64,000 nt of DNA from an uncultured Pelagibacteraceae bacterium (GCA_902538885.1 CACBGU010000005.1:177-64176), one strand, 5' to 3'. Shown: positions 10,063 to 18,566, numbered from the stretch's first letter. Program-made: numbers and translations. Notes: generated by a model not told the origin, from the letters alone.

Positions 10063-10376
10063 ATATTTTTATCTAAAAATTCCTTCATGTGACTTTCAGG
10101 AACTCCACCAACTTTTCTATCTACTTCAACACCTTTTTTATAGATAATAACTGTTGGAACACCTCTAATCCCTGCTGCACTTCCAGTATTTATTCCACCA
10201 TCTTCAACATCGGCATAATAAAAACCAGCCTTATCTTTATATTCATCAGATAATTTATCCATTACTGGTTTTAGTGCCTTACATGGACCGCACCACTCAG
10301 CTGAAAACTGAATGACTGAAACATCTTCATTTTTAATTTTAGTATCAAAATCTTCGTCTTTAAAATTTGTAAGCAT
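10059..10376 (-). CDS. trxA: thioredoxin
   Basis: WCGPC active site; 105 aa; AAAGGA Shine-Dalgarno upstream; convergent with folC. Confidence 0.95.
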   Translation of the reverse strand: MLTNFKDEDFDTKIKNEDVSVIQFSAEWCGPCKALKPVMDKLSDEYKDKAGFYYADVEDGGINTGSAAGIRGVPTVIIYKKGVEVDRKVGGVPESHMKEFLDKNI

Positions 10377-10410
10377 ATATCCTTTCTATTAATTAGAGCC
10401 TTAAAGTCAA

Positions 10411-11847
10411 CTAGGCAATTTCATATTTTTTTTCTATAGACATAATAAACTCATTTATTTCATCTAATTTTTTTAGTTCTTCTTCATCATCCCGATTTGA
10501 TGCTTGATCTCTTAAAGTATCAATTTCTTGGTAGGCCATTCCTATAGTTTGCCACTTTTCTCTATTTTTACTCAAAATTCGTCTAGCAATTTCACTTTTT
10601 ATATTTTTATATAAATCTGGTGGTAAAATATGTGGTGCTTCTTGATAAATAATTTTTTGCCCAAACCAACTACATCTTTTGTCAGTAAACTTATCCAACA
10701 TTCTTAATTTATCTTCCCAAGAAGAACTATGCCAAGTTTTAAATAATTGGGTGTCTTTATTGGGAATGAATTTTTCATATAAAGTTTCTTCAGGTAACAG
10801 ATCTTCCTGGGTTTGAGTTTGAGCTTTTTCTTCAGCGGCCTCTCTATTAATGATTTGAATATTTTTACAAAAATTTTCACTATTTCTAACCATTTTTGCT
10901 CTTTTCTGAATTGTTTCTAAATCTAAGTCAGCATATGCCTTCTCTTTTAATGCAAACTTTTTATCTAAAACTACAGGAGCTTTGTTGGTTTTGATTACTC
11001 TAAGTGCTTTTGGACTAAACTTTTTTAAATAAACTTTAAGATCATTTATTGATAAATTTAATAAAGGTTCAGGATCTCTTCTTAAATCAAATAAATATCC
11101 CCAAGATGCATATGATGGATGAAAACAATGATCTGGATGTAATGTAGAGACAAGATACATCATATTTTTTCCCTTAACATTTTCGAAAATTGAAAAAATC
11201 CCCTCACTTTTTAAGATAGTTTCAACGCTATTTTTTGTAGATGTGCTTAAAAAATTTTCCCAATTATCTTTGTGTTTATCTTTTATAATTCTGAGAATTT
11301 TTAAGCTTGTGAATGCATCATGATAAGCAGTGTGTTGTTGAGATGTATCAAATCCTTGTTGTCTAGCTAAACCTTCTAAAGCTAGACTTTCATTTCCAGC
11401 TTCTGTTAATTCAGTCTTTAATGTTTCAGGATTCAAGGTTTGTGCTACTCTTGCAACATGTAAACCGTCATGTTCTTTATTAGGTGATGAATGTGTAATG
11501 TAAGGATATCTATTCCCTTTAAAAAAATTAAAATGAAACATTCGTCTATCAAAATTTAAGTTACTCCAACCCATAAACAATGCTGGACCAGCTTTAGAGA
11601 AAAAATTTTCTACTGCGCCTAAAAAATCGTAATGCGAGTAATTGCCTTTAGTAAGTAAATCAATACTTGTTGAATTAACTAATAAGGCCTTTGCACTTGG
11701 AACCTCACCCTCGGGCATTCTGCCACGAATATTTAGCTTACCAATTTCTTTTAAGTTTTTATCAACAACTACAGCACCTACCTCAATTATTGAGCCCCAA
11801 ATTGTGCTATTTGTTGTTTCAGTATCGTAAATTACTATTTTATCCAT
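10411..11847 (-). CDS. sbcB: exodeoxyribonuclease I (DEDDh 3'-5' ssDNA exonuclease)
   Basis: ExoI YDTETT, ExoII FDRRM, ExoIII HTAYHD; LALEGLARQQG; DL and NKAP motifs; 478 aa like ExoI. Confidence 0.8.
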   Translation of the reverse strand: MDKIVIYDTETTNSTIWGSIIEVGAVVVDKNLKEIGKLNIRGRMPEGEVPSAKALLVNSTSIDLLTKGNYSHYDFLGAVENFFSKAGPALFMGWSNLNFDRRMFHFNFFKGNRYPYITHSSPNKEHDGLHVARVAQTLNPETLKTELTEAGNESLALEGLARQQGFDTSQQHTAYHDAFTSLKILRIIKDKHKDNWENFLSTSTKNSVETILKSEGIFSIFENVKGKNMMYLVSTLHPDHCFHPSYASWGYLFDLRRDPEPLLNLSINDLKVYLKKFSPKALRVIKTNKAPVVLDKKFALKEKAYADLDLETIQKRAKMVRNSENFCKNIQIINREAAEEKAQTQTQEDLLPEETLYEKFIPNKDTQLFKTWHSSSWEDKLRMLDKFTDKRCSWFGQKIIYQEAPHILPPDLYKNIKSEIARRILSKNREKWQTIGMAYQEIDTLRDQASNRDDEEELKKLDEINEFIMSIEKKYEIA

Positions 11848-11853
11848 AAAATC

Positions 11854-12540
11854 CTAAGTTAAATCCGATAACTCATTAAATTTTTTTAATCTTCCCAAAA
11901 ATAAATTTTGATAAACAATTAAATCATGGCCTTGAATTTTAAACTCTTGGAATAATTTATCTACTGTGCAAACCAAAATTACACAAGAAGTGATATTAGA
12001 GTTATACACAATGTTGTGTGCTAATGAATATGCACTTGTTTGAAGAAGCCATGAGTCGATATACTCAGCCTTTTTAGGTTTATTACTTTGTTTAAAATCA
12101 ATTATTGTTTCTTTTCCCTCATAAACTCCAACACAATCAGCAGTACCTGCATACTTCTCTGGGTAATAAAGAGTGCATTCAACACCCCAAATTTCATCCA
12201 ATCTATTTTTCAAACCTTTTTCTATAATTTCTTTAGCCATTAATTTGTATTGTTCATTATCTTCAAAAAAACTTAAATTTTCTCTTCCAAGTAAATAAGA
12301 CTCTAAATAGTTGTGCATTTGAGAACCTCTACTACTTGCTGCTTTTGTAATTGCCTCAGCCTCTTTTTGCCCAGTTCTTTCTCTCCAATTTGCTAATGCT
12401 GCTTTATCTTCTTCAGATCGAGTTGCATCTAAAATTGAAGTGACACTTGGTAATTTTGTTTCCCCTAATAAGTATCTTCTAATGCCATCAACTGTTGCTC
12501 TTGATGATTTTGGATAATCATATTTTTGATTCCACTGCAT
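11854..12540 (-). CDS. PD-(D/E)XK exonuclease, MGME1/RecB-like
   Basis: LPSVTSIL..W..G..RGSQMHNYLE, GVE, YAGTADC, IIDFKQSNKPK and Q..AY motifs. Probable start MQWNQK at 12540; the longer track ORF overlaps rmuC. Confidence 0.8.
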   Translation of the reverse strand: MQWNQKYDYPKSSRATVDGIRRYLLGETKLPSVTSILDATRSEEDKAALANWRERTGQKEAEAITKAASSRGSQMHNYLESYLLGRENLSFFEDNEQYKLMAKEIIEKGLKNRLDEIWGVECTLYYPEKYAGTADCVGVYEGKETIIDFKQSNKPKKAEYIDSWLLQTSAYSLAHNIVYNSNITSCVILVCTVDKLFQEFKIQGHDLIVYQNLFLGRLKKFNELSDLT

Positions 12541-12577
12541 GAGATTTCTTATAGACGTTATTAAGGAAAAAAAGAAA

Positions 12578-13675
12578 TTAATTTTTAAGCTGCCTATTTC
12601 GTTCAACAAATTTTTCCACGTTTTCAGTTTGTACAGCTTTCTCAACCTGCTCGGGATCTTTAATATTTTCTAAAGTTCTTGAAATTGATCTTGCATCCGT
12701 TCCAAATTTATCAACAACTCCCATGGCATCTTCTAATTTTTTTCTAAGAATTATAATGTTGTCAAAATGTTTAGAAAATCTTGTACTGATTGTTTTCAAA
12801 TGATTATAAATTTCTGTTGCTCCTTTTTGTACTTTCAATGATTGAAATCCCATATGTAAAGATTGTAAGTAAGCAGAAAGAGTATTAGGCCCACATATTA
12901 CGACTTTATATTTTTTCATTAATTCTTGAGTTAATAATTCTTTTGTACTTGGATCTTGGTATTCAGTTAACTCTTTGTATAAGCTTTCTGTAGGAGCATA
13001 CACAATTGCAAAATCAGTAGTTTTTGGTGGAACAATATATTTTTCATTAACGCTTTTAGCTTTTGCTTTAAATGCTGAAGCTAATTTTGCTCTAGCATCT
13101 GCAACAGCCTTTTTGTCTTCCGCATCATGACCATCGGTAATTGCTTTGAATTTTTCTACTGGAAAATGACTATCAACAGGAACCAGAACATTTCCTTGAA
13201 GCTTAATAGCAAATTCAACATTTTCACTAGTATCCTCTTTCATTTTAACATTCGTCATGAATTGAGACGCTGGCAACAAATCTTTAATCAGAGCATCTAA
13301 GCTAAATTCTGCAAGAGTTCCATATTTCTTAACTCCAGCTAAAATTTTTGTTATGCCCTCTTGGCTTTGGTTTAATAGTTGAACTTGTTGATTAAAATTT
13401 CCAACCTTTTCCTCTACCTTGGTTAAAGTTTCAGTCATATCTTTAGTCACGCCTGTTGACAGGTTATTAAATGAAGTGGACATTGCACCAAGTGAACTAT
13501 TGATAGTTGTATTTAAAGTATCTTTTAAACTTGAAATTTCTGATTTTAAGTTAGCTATTTCCTCAGCTTCTTTATTTTCGTTATCCTCTTGAGGCTTAGT
13601 TTTTAAATTAAGATAAAGAATTGATAATGCAATTCCTACTAATAACAACAATAAGACAATTAAAATTATATCCAT
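12578..13675 (-). CDS. rmuC: DNA recombination protein RmuC
   Basis: N-terminal TM helix, coiled coil, GTLAEFSL, VEFAIKL, PVDSHFP, KYIVPPKTTDFAIVYAPTESLY and GPNTL motifs. Confidence 0.9.
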   Translation of the reverse strand: MDIILIVLLLLLVGIALSILYLNLKTKPQEDNENKEAEEIANLKSEISSLKDTLNTTINSSLGAMSTSFNNLSTGVTKDMTETLTKVEEKVGNFNQQVQLLNQSQEGITKILAGVKKYGTLAEFSLDALIKDLLPASQFMTNVKMKEDTSENVEFAIKLQGNVLVPVDSHFPVEKFKAITDGHDAEDKKAVADARAKLASAFKAKAKSVNEKYIVPPKTTDFAIVYAPTESLYKELTEYQDPSTKELLTQELMKKYKVVICGPNTLSAYLQSLHMGFQSLKVQKGATEIYNHLKTISTRFSKHFDNIIILRKKLEDAMGVVDKFGTDARSISRTLENIKDPEQVEKAVQTENVEKFVERNRQLKN

Positions 13676-13689
13676 GATTCTTTTTTTTT

Positions 13690-13698
13690 AGTATAGCA
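13690..13698 (-). promoter_or_regulatory. putative extended -10 element for rmuC
   Basis: Minus strand reads TGCTATACT (TGnTATAcT), 14 nt upstream of the rmuC ATG. Confidence 0.4.
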
Positions 13699-13716
13699 AT
13701 TATTAGATCCAAAGAC

Positions 13717-14406
13717 TTAATTTTTAGAGAGCAATTTTGCAATTTTTCCAAGGCCCATTTTATTATTTGATGACCTAGAAATCATCATACAGGCCTCTGA
13801 TCTAAGTATCTCTCCATCTTTTAATATACGTAGATTATTTGCCTTTAACGTTTCTCCTGTGGAAGTGATATCAGTAATTATTTCTGAGGAGCCTGTAAAA
13901 GGATAAGCTTCAGTTGCACCTAAACTATCAATTAATTTAAATTGGGTAACACCCTTTGAAAACAAAAATTCCCTTGTTAAATTTGGATATTTTGTAGCAA
14001 CTCTTAATCTTTTCTTTTTCTTATCTTTAAATTCAAATGCAATTTCTTCTAAATCCGCAACAGTTTGTACATCTATCCATGGATCGGGAATTGCAACTAC
14101 TAATGTGGCCTTACCGAAATTGTAACTTTTTAAAACATTAATTTTTTTTTGAGTGTTTATTTTACTCTCTTTTAATAAATCAAAACCAGAAAAACCTATG
14201 TCCAAAGATCCGTCTCCAAGTCTTTCGATAATCTCTCTTGCGTGAAGATATAAAATCTTAATATTTTTATATTGCTTTATTGATCCTAAAAGATCTCTTT
14301 CCCCTCTTTCAGAAATGAGGTTTAATTTATTTTTTTTAAAAATATTTAAAACATCTTTTCTCAGCCTGCCTTTACTTGGAATTCCAATTTTAATTAATTT
14401 ATTCAT
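13717..14406 (-). CDS. hisG: ATP phosphoribosyltransferase, short form
   Basis: IPSKGRL, RVATKYP, GATE and DITSTGETLKANNL motifs; 229 aa; hisZ upstream. Confidence 0.95.
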   Translation of the reverse strand: MNKLIKIGIPSKGRLRKDVLNIFKKNKLNLISERGERDLLGSIKQYKNIKILYLHAREIIERLGDGSLDIGFSGFDLLKESKINTQKKINVLKSYNFGKATLVVAIPDPWIDVQTVADLEEIAFEFKDKKKKRLRVATKYPNLTREFLFSKGVTQFKLIDSLGATEAYPFTGSSEIITDITSTGETLKANNLRILKDGEILRSEACMMISRSSNNKMGLGKIAKLLSKN

Positions 14407-15244
14407 ATTTGTATTTTTTTATTTGATCTTTATAAAATTCGGTCATTTCAATTATCATTTTTTTATCTAACAAATTTCTAAAATCATTTTTTTTTCCTAA
14501 ATTAAAAAACTTAATTTTTTCATTTGTTTTTTTAGAAACTAATGCTTCTTTAAAACCCCCATCTTTTTCAAGTTTTTGTAATTTTTCAAATTCACATGAT
14601 TTAATTACCTGATTAATTTTATCAGAATTAATATCAATATTAGAATTAGTTGTATCTCTTAAAAAATTTAAAATTGATTTAAAAGTTTTAAAAGTATCAG
14701 CTTGTAAGTCCTCATATCTTATAGTTAAAACAGGAAACTTTTTACATTCAGACCAACTTTCCTGGTGAAATTTCCATGAAAATAAAGGAACAAAACCTAA
14801 AAATTTATTATTTTTTTTTTCAATCAAAGCCTTTTTTTCATTTTTCATAAAAACAAAAGCCTCATTTTTATTTATTTGATAATGATTGGATAAAGATGTT
14901 ACCACGTTTCTTGGATCTCTTACTATGTGTATTGCTGCTATCGTGTTTTTACTATCTGTAAAACTGAAATTATTTATTTTACACAATGCATTATGTGTTT
15001 TAAAAAATCTTAGTTTTTTGTCTTTATTAATATTCTCTTGTTCTTTAATCCAGTATTTCGCAGTACTTTCTGGTTGTAAAAACGTATCTTCATATTTTTT
15101 AAAATAATTTACACTTGGAAATTGATCTATGAAATTAAGAAGATCAAAATTAAAGTCACTATCTTTTTGATAAAAATAAGATGCTATTAAAGATCTTAAC
15201 CAGGTATTTCCACTTTTAGGATATGATGCAAGCCAAATTATCAT
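14399..15244 (-). CDS. PAPS-dependent sulfotransferase (Sulfotransfer_1 type)
   Basis: 5'-PSB ASYPKSGNTW, KTH, 3'-PB VRDPRNVVTS, RYEDL and a C-terminal FFNLGK. Confidence 0.9.
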   Translation of the reverse strand: MIIWLASYPKSGNTWLRSLIASYFYQKDSDFNFDLLNFIDQFPSVNYFKKYEDTFLQPESTAKYWIKEQENINKDKKLRFFKTHNALCKINNFSFTDSKNTIAAIHIVRDPRNVVTSLSNHYQINKNEAFVFMKNEKKALIEKKNNKFLGFVPLFSWKFHQESWSECKKFPVLTIRYEDLQADTFKTFKSILNFLRDTTNSNIDINSDKINQVIKSCEFEKLQKLEKDGGFKEALVSKKTNEKIKFFNLGKKNDFRNLLDKKMIIEMTEFYKDQIKKYKYE

Positions 15245-15247
15245 TAT

Positions 15248-16294
15248 TTATAAATTTAAAGCAGCACCTACCGCTGGTGTTTGTTTTTTTGATCCTAAAT
15301 CTGAAATTAGACCATCATAGCGGCCACCATTGATAATATTTTTTAATGAGTTTTTAGATTTAATATCAATTTTAAAAACCATTCCAGTGTAATATTCTAA
15401 TTGCCTTCCAAAGGATGCAGAAAATACTACATTTAATTTTGAAACTTTGTTATTAGAAATTGGAAAATATTTTTGATCTACAGCTAAATTAATTCTGTTT
15501 TTTTTGAAAAATTTATTTAACTCTATTGCTGCTTTATTTATTGGACATTTTATTTTTAAGAAATCTTTTATTATTTTAGAAACATTTTTTCCTTTACTGG
15601 CTCTTCTAGGGTCTTTTATTTTCTGATCAAATCTTTTTAATATTTCATTAATTGTTCTTCCAGCCACAACATTTGACAAATCTTCTTTAAGCATTTTTAG
15701 GTAACGCTTTTTATCTATTTCTACAATTGTTGGATCTACATCTGAATTAGTTTCTAATCTTTTCAATAAATCATTGAAATATTTCTCTCTCCAGAAGTGT
15801 CTGGATAATCTTAGCTTCCATCTCTTTGGAATATCTAATTTTGATATTAACAAATTAAATATTTCAACATTTCCAATAGTAAGCGTTCCTGAAGAATATT
15901 TAATATTTTGAAGTGATTTAAGAGATGTATTTATAATTTCTTTATCGTCATTTTTCTCATTCTTAGATCCTAAAATTTCAAATCCGATTTGATTTCTAAT
16001 GATTGAATCTTTTTTGTTTTGTGATTTTCGATAAGCTTGACCACTATAAAAAATTTTTTCCTTACCTTTTAAGTTATTTTCTAAATATCTTAAACATGAT
16101 GCAATCGTTAAATCTGGTCTTAGACATAACTCGCTTCCATTCTGATCAGTAAAGGAAAAGATAAATTTTCTAAAATTTTCTCCAGATCTTTGAACAATGT
16201 GATTAGCCTCAATTACTGAGGGTAAATCAATATATTTAAAACCCTTAGATTTTACCGATCTAAGGATATTTTCAGATAAGTTTTTTGACTTCAT
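15248..16294 (-). CDS. hisZ: ATP phosphoribosyltransferase regulatory subunit
   Basis: LCLRPDLT, YSGQAYR, QIGFE, YYTGMVF and GGRYDGL motifs; between hisS and hisG. Confidence 0.92.
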   Translation of the reverse strand: MKSKNLSENILRSVKSKGFKYIDLPSVIEANHIVQRSGENFRKFIFSFTDQNGSELCLRPDLTIASCLRYLENNLKGKEKIFYSGQAYRKSQNKKDSIIRNQIGFEILGSKNEKNDDKEIINTSLKSLQNIKYSSGTLTIGNVEIFNLLISKLDIPKRWKLRLSRHFWREKYFNDLLKRLETNSDVDPTIVEIDKKRYLKMLKEDLSNVVAGRTINEILKRFDQKIKDPRRASKGKNVSKIIKDFLKIKCPINKAAIELNKFFKKNRINLAVDQKYFPISNNKVSKLNVVFSASFGRQLEYYTGMVFKIDIKSKNSLKNIINGGRYDGLISDLGSKKQTPAVGAALNL

Positions 16295-17666
16295 CGATTA
16301 AATTTTCTTTTGGAAATGTTTTATTGTTTTCACCCTTAACACCTTTGAGATTTTTTATAGTGACTGTATTTTCTTTAAATTCATTTTCACCACATATTAT
16401 GGCAACATTTAACTCTCGTTTGTTCGCTAAAGTTAGTTGCTTACCTAAATTTTTCTTTGAATCTAAAAAAATTTCAGCATTGATTTTATTATTTCTTAAT
16501 AGATCTAAAATTTCATAGTAATTTTTAAGATATTTTTCATCCATTACACAAACTAAAACTGGTTTTTGACTATCTACTTTTATTTGATCTAATTGCATCA
16601 AAGCAAATAACAATCGATCAACTCCAAAACTAATTCCAGTACCTGGAATATCTACACCTTTAAATCTAGATATTAATTTTGCGTAAGCTCCACCAGAACA
16701 AATACTACCTATATCGACCTCTTTACCTTTGTTATTTGTAACTTTAAAATTTAGATTTGTTTCAACAATGAAATCTGAATAATAAGCCAATCCCCTAACA
16801 ATTGTAAAATTTGTTTTGACCTGATTTGAATTTAAACTGTAATCCAATACTTCAAATACTTGTTCTAATTCCTTTATACCTTCTTGAGACAAAGGATTTT
16901 TTAATGTTTCTTTTAATTCTTTTAAATCTTTAATTTTAAGAAAATTAAGTATTTCAGAAGCTTGTTCATCGTTTAAATCTGCACCCTTAGTAATTGCACC
17001 GCTTATATCTTTTCTCTCTTTTTTAAGAAGTTCTTCAACACCTTTTAAACCAAAACCTGGTTTATCTAATTTATCAATTGCCCTAATTACTTTAACTTGC
17101 TTTTCTTCTGATAATTTTAAATCATTAATTAATCCTTGAACTATTTTTCTGTTACTAATGTTAATTGTAAATTGATCTTTTTTTAGACCACAATCTAACA
17201 AAGTACTTGATATTAAATTACAAAGCTCAGCATTTGCCTGGGCAGAATTAACATTTCCAACAATATCAAAATCAGCTTGCATAAATTCCCTGTACCTTCC
17301 GTTACCGGCCTTTTCATTTCTAAAGACATTTTGAATGGCATACCTTTTAAAGATTGATGGAAGTTCTTGATTATTTTGTGCAACAAATCTAGCTAGTGGG
17401 CTTGAAAGATCATACCTAAGAGTAATGCTTTTTTCTCCATCCTGAAATGAGAATACATCAGACATAGGATTAGCGTCATCTTCTGCCAAAAAAGATCCTA
17501 TATTTTCACTTATCTCAAACGAAGGGGTTTCAAGAGCCTCTGCTCCAAATTTAATAAAATTATTCTCAATAGCTTTTAAAAGCTTTTTTTTGAGAAGAAG
17601 TTTTTTATCCCAACGATCTTCAAATCCTGAAGGTAATCCAGGAATTAATTTTTTTTCTTTATTCAT
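16272..17666 (-). CDS. hisS: histidine--tRNA ligase
   Basis: LRYDLS, FRNEK..GRYREFMQADFD, VRGLAYY and GISFGVDR motifs. Start taken as MNKEKK at 17666, because the longer ORF runs through the tRNA-His gene. Confidence 0.95.
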   Translation of the reverse strand: MNKEKKLIPGLPSGFEDRWDKKLLLKKKLLKAIENNFIKFGAEALETPSFEISENIGSFLAEDDANPMSDVFSFQDGEKSITLRYDLSSPLARFVAQNNQELPSIFKRYAIQNVFRNEKAGNGRYREFMQADFDIVGNVNSAQANAELCNLISSTLLDCGLKKDQFTINISNRKIVQGLINDLKLSEEKQVKVIRAIDKLDKPGFGLKGVEELLKKERKDISGAITKGADLNDEQASEILNFLKIKDLKELKETLKNPLSQEGIKELEQVFEVLDYSLNSNQVKTNFTIVRGLAYYSDFIVETNLNFKVTNNKGKEVDIGSICSGGAYAKLISRFKGVDIPGTGISFGVDRLLFALMQLDQIKVDSQKPVLVCVMDEKYLKNYYEILDLLRNNKINAEIFLDSKKNLGKQLTLANKRELNVAIICGENEFKENTVTIKNLKGVKGENNKTFPKENLIDEVKKLI

Positions 17667-17670
17667 TTTT

Positions 17671-17745
17671 TGGTACCCGGGCTGAGAGTCGAACTCAAAC
17701 TTAAAGTTCCACAAACTTCCGTGCTAACCATTACACCACCCGGGC
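17671..17745 (-). tRNA. tRNA-His(GTG), lacking encoded G-1, with U72 and A73
   Basis: GCCCGGG/CCCGGGT acceptor stem, anticodon loop TTGTGGA, T-loop TTCGACT, encoded CCA. Confidence 0.95.
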
Positions 17746-17921
17746 TTATCCTCTTTGTTTTTATCTTATTTTATGTGGATTTAAAATTATAATATAAATA
17801 AATAGCCTACTGGCTATGGAAACAGTTTCTGTGAGTACTTCTAAAAGTCTTTCTGTATGTAATATTTATATTCATGAGCAGTCTTTTAGACAAAAAAAAT
17901 TAATATTCAAGGTCTAAATAG

Positions 17922-17962
17922 AAAAAGGACGTTTATCTATTTGATAGATAAAACGCCCTTTT
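17922..17962. terminator. putative bidirectional rho-independent terminator downstream of cspA
   Basis: AAAAAGGACGTTTATCTA-TTTGA-TAGATAAAACGCCCTTTT imperfect inverted repeat, with an A-tract on the left and a T-tract on the right. Confidence 0.7.
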
Positions 17963-17976
17963 AAATAATTTCTAAA

Positions 17977-18189
17977 TTAGTCTATTTTTTTTAAATTAAC
18001 TGCAGAAGGACCTTTGGGACCATCTTCTAATGTGAATTCAAGTTTATCACCTTCATTGAGATATCTCATACCAGCAGCTTTTACCGCTGAAGCGTGAACA
18101 AAGGCATCTTTTTCTTTATCATCTCTTTCAATGAAGCCATATCCCTTTTTACCATTATACCATTTAATTTTTCCTTGTAGTGTACTCAT
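17977..18189 (-). CDS. cspA: cold-shock domain protein
   Basis: GKIKWYNGKKGYGFI (RNP1) and DAFVHAS (RNP2); 70 aa. Confidence 0.93.
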   Translation of the reverse strand: MSTLQGKIKWYNGKKGYGFIERDDKEKDAFVHASAVKAAGMRYLNEGDKLEFTLEDGPKGPSAVNLKKID

Positions 18190-18269
18190 CTTATTTCTTA
18201 GTCCTTTTGTTATTTATTATCTCTTAAAGGTAATTTCTTTTACGATTATTTCAAGATGAAACTTTGTGG

Positions 18270-18344
18270 TGGTGGCTGAGGAAGGATTCGCACCTCCGAC
18301 ACAAGCCTTTTCAGGGCTCTGCTCTACTCCTGAGCTACTCAGCC
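18270..18344 (-). tRNA. tRNA-Phe(GAA), atypical D- and T-loops
   Basis: GGCTGAG/CTCAGCC acceptor stem, GAGCC-CTGAAAA-GGCTT anticodon arm, T-loop TGCGAAT, encoded CCA. Confidence 0.92.
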
Positions 18345-18348
18345 TTAT

Positions 18349-18564
18349 TTATCCCCTAAAGATAATTCTTCCTTTAGTAAGATCGTAAGGTGTCATTTCA
18401 ACTGTCACATTATCACCTTGGAGAACTCTAATTCTGTTTTTTCTTAACTTACCAGCTGTATGGGCAGTAACAGTATGTCCATTTTCTAATTTTACTCTAA
18501 ACATAGCGTTCGGAAGTAGGTCTATAACTGTACCTTTAAATTCCAGTAAGTCTTGTTTTGACAA
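18349..18564 (-). CDS. infA: translation initiation factor IF-1
   Basis: [33 protein letters not shown]; TTG start. Confidence 0.97.
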   Translation of the reverse strand: MSKQDLLEFKGTVIDLLPNAMFRVKLENGHTVTAHTAGKLRKNRIRVLQGDNVTVEMTPYDLTKGRIIFRG

Positions 18565-18566
18565 AT

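Noticed and set aside
12541-12645. N-terminal extension of the PD-(D/E)XK nuclease
   Set aside because: It overlaps the rmuC 3' end by 68 nt; recognisable family sequence begins at MQWNQK (12540).
17667-17714. N-terminal extension of hisS (MWNFKFEF...) in the ORF track
   Set aside because: It overlaps the tRNA-His gene; the ATG at 17666 gives a normal HisRS N-terminus.
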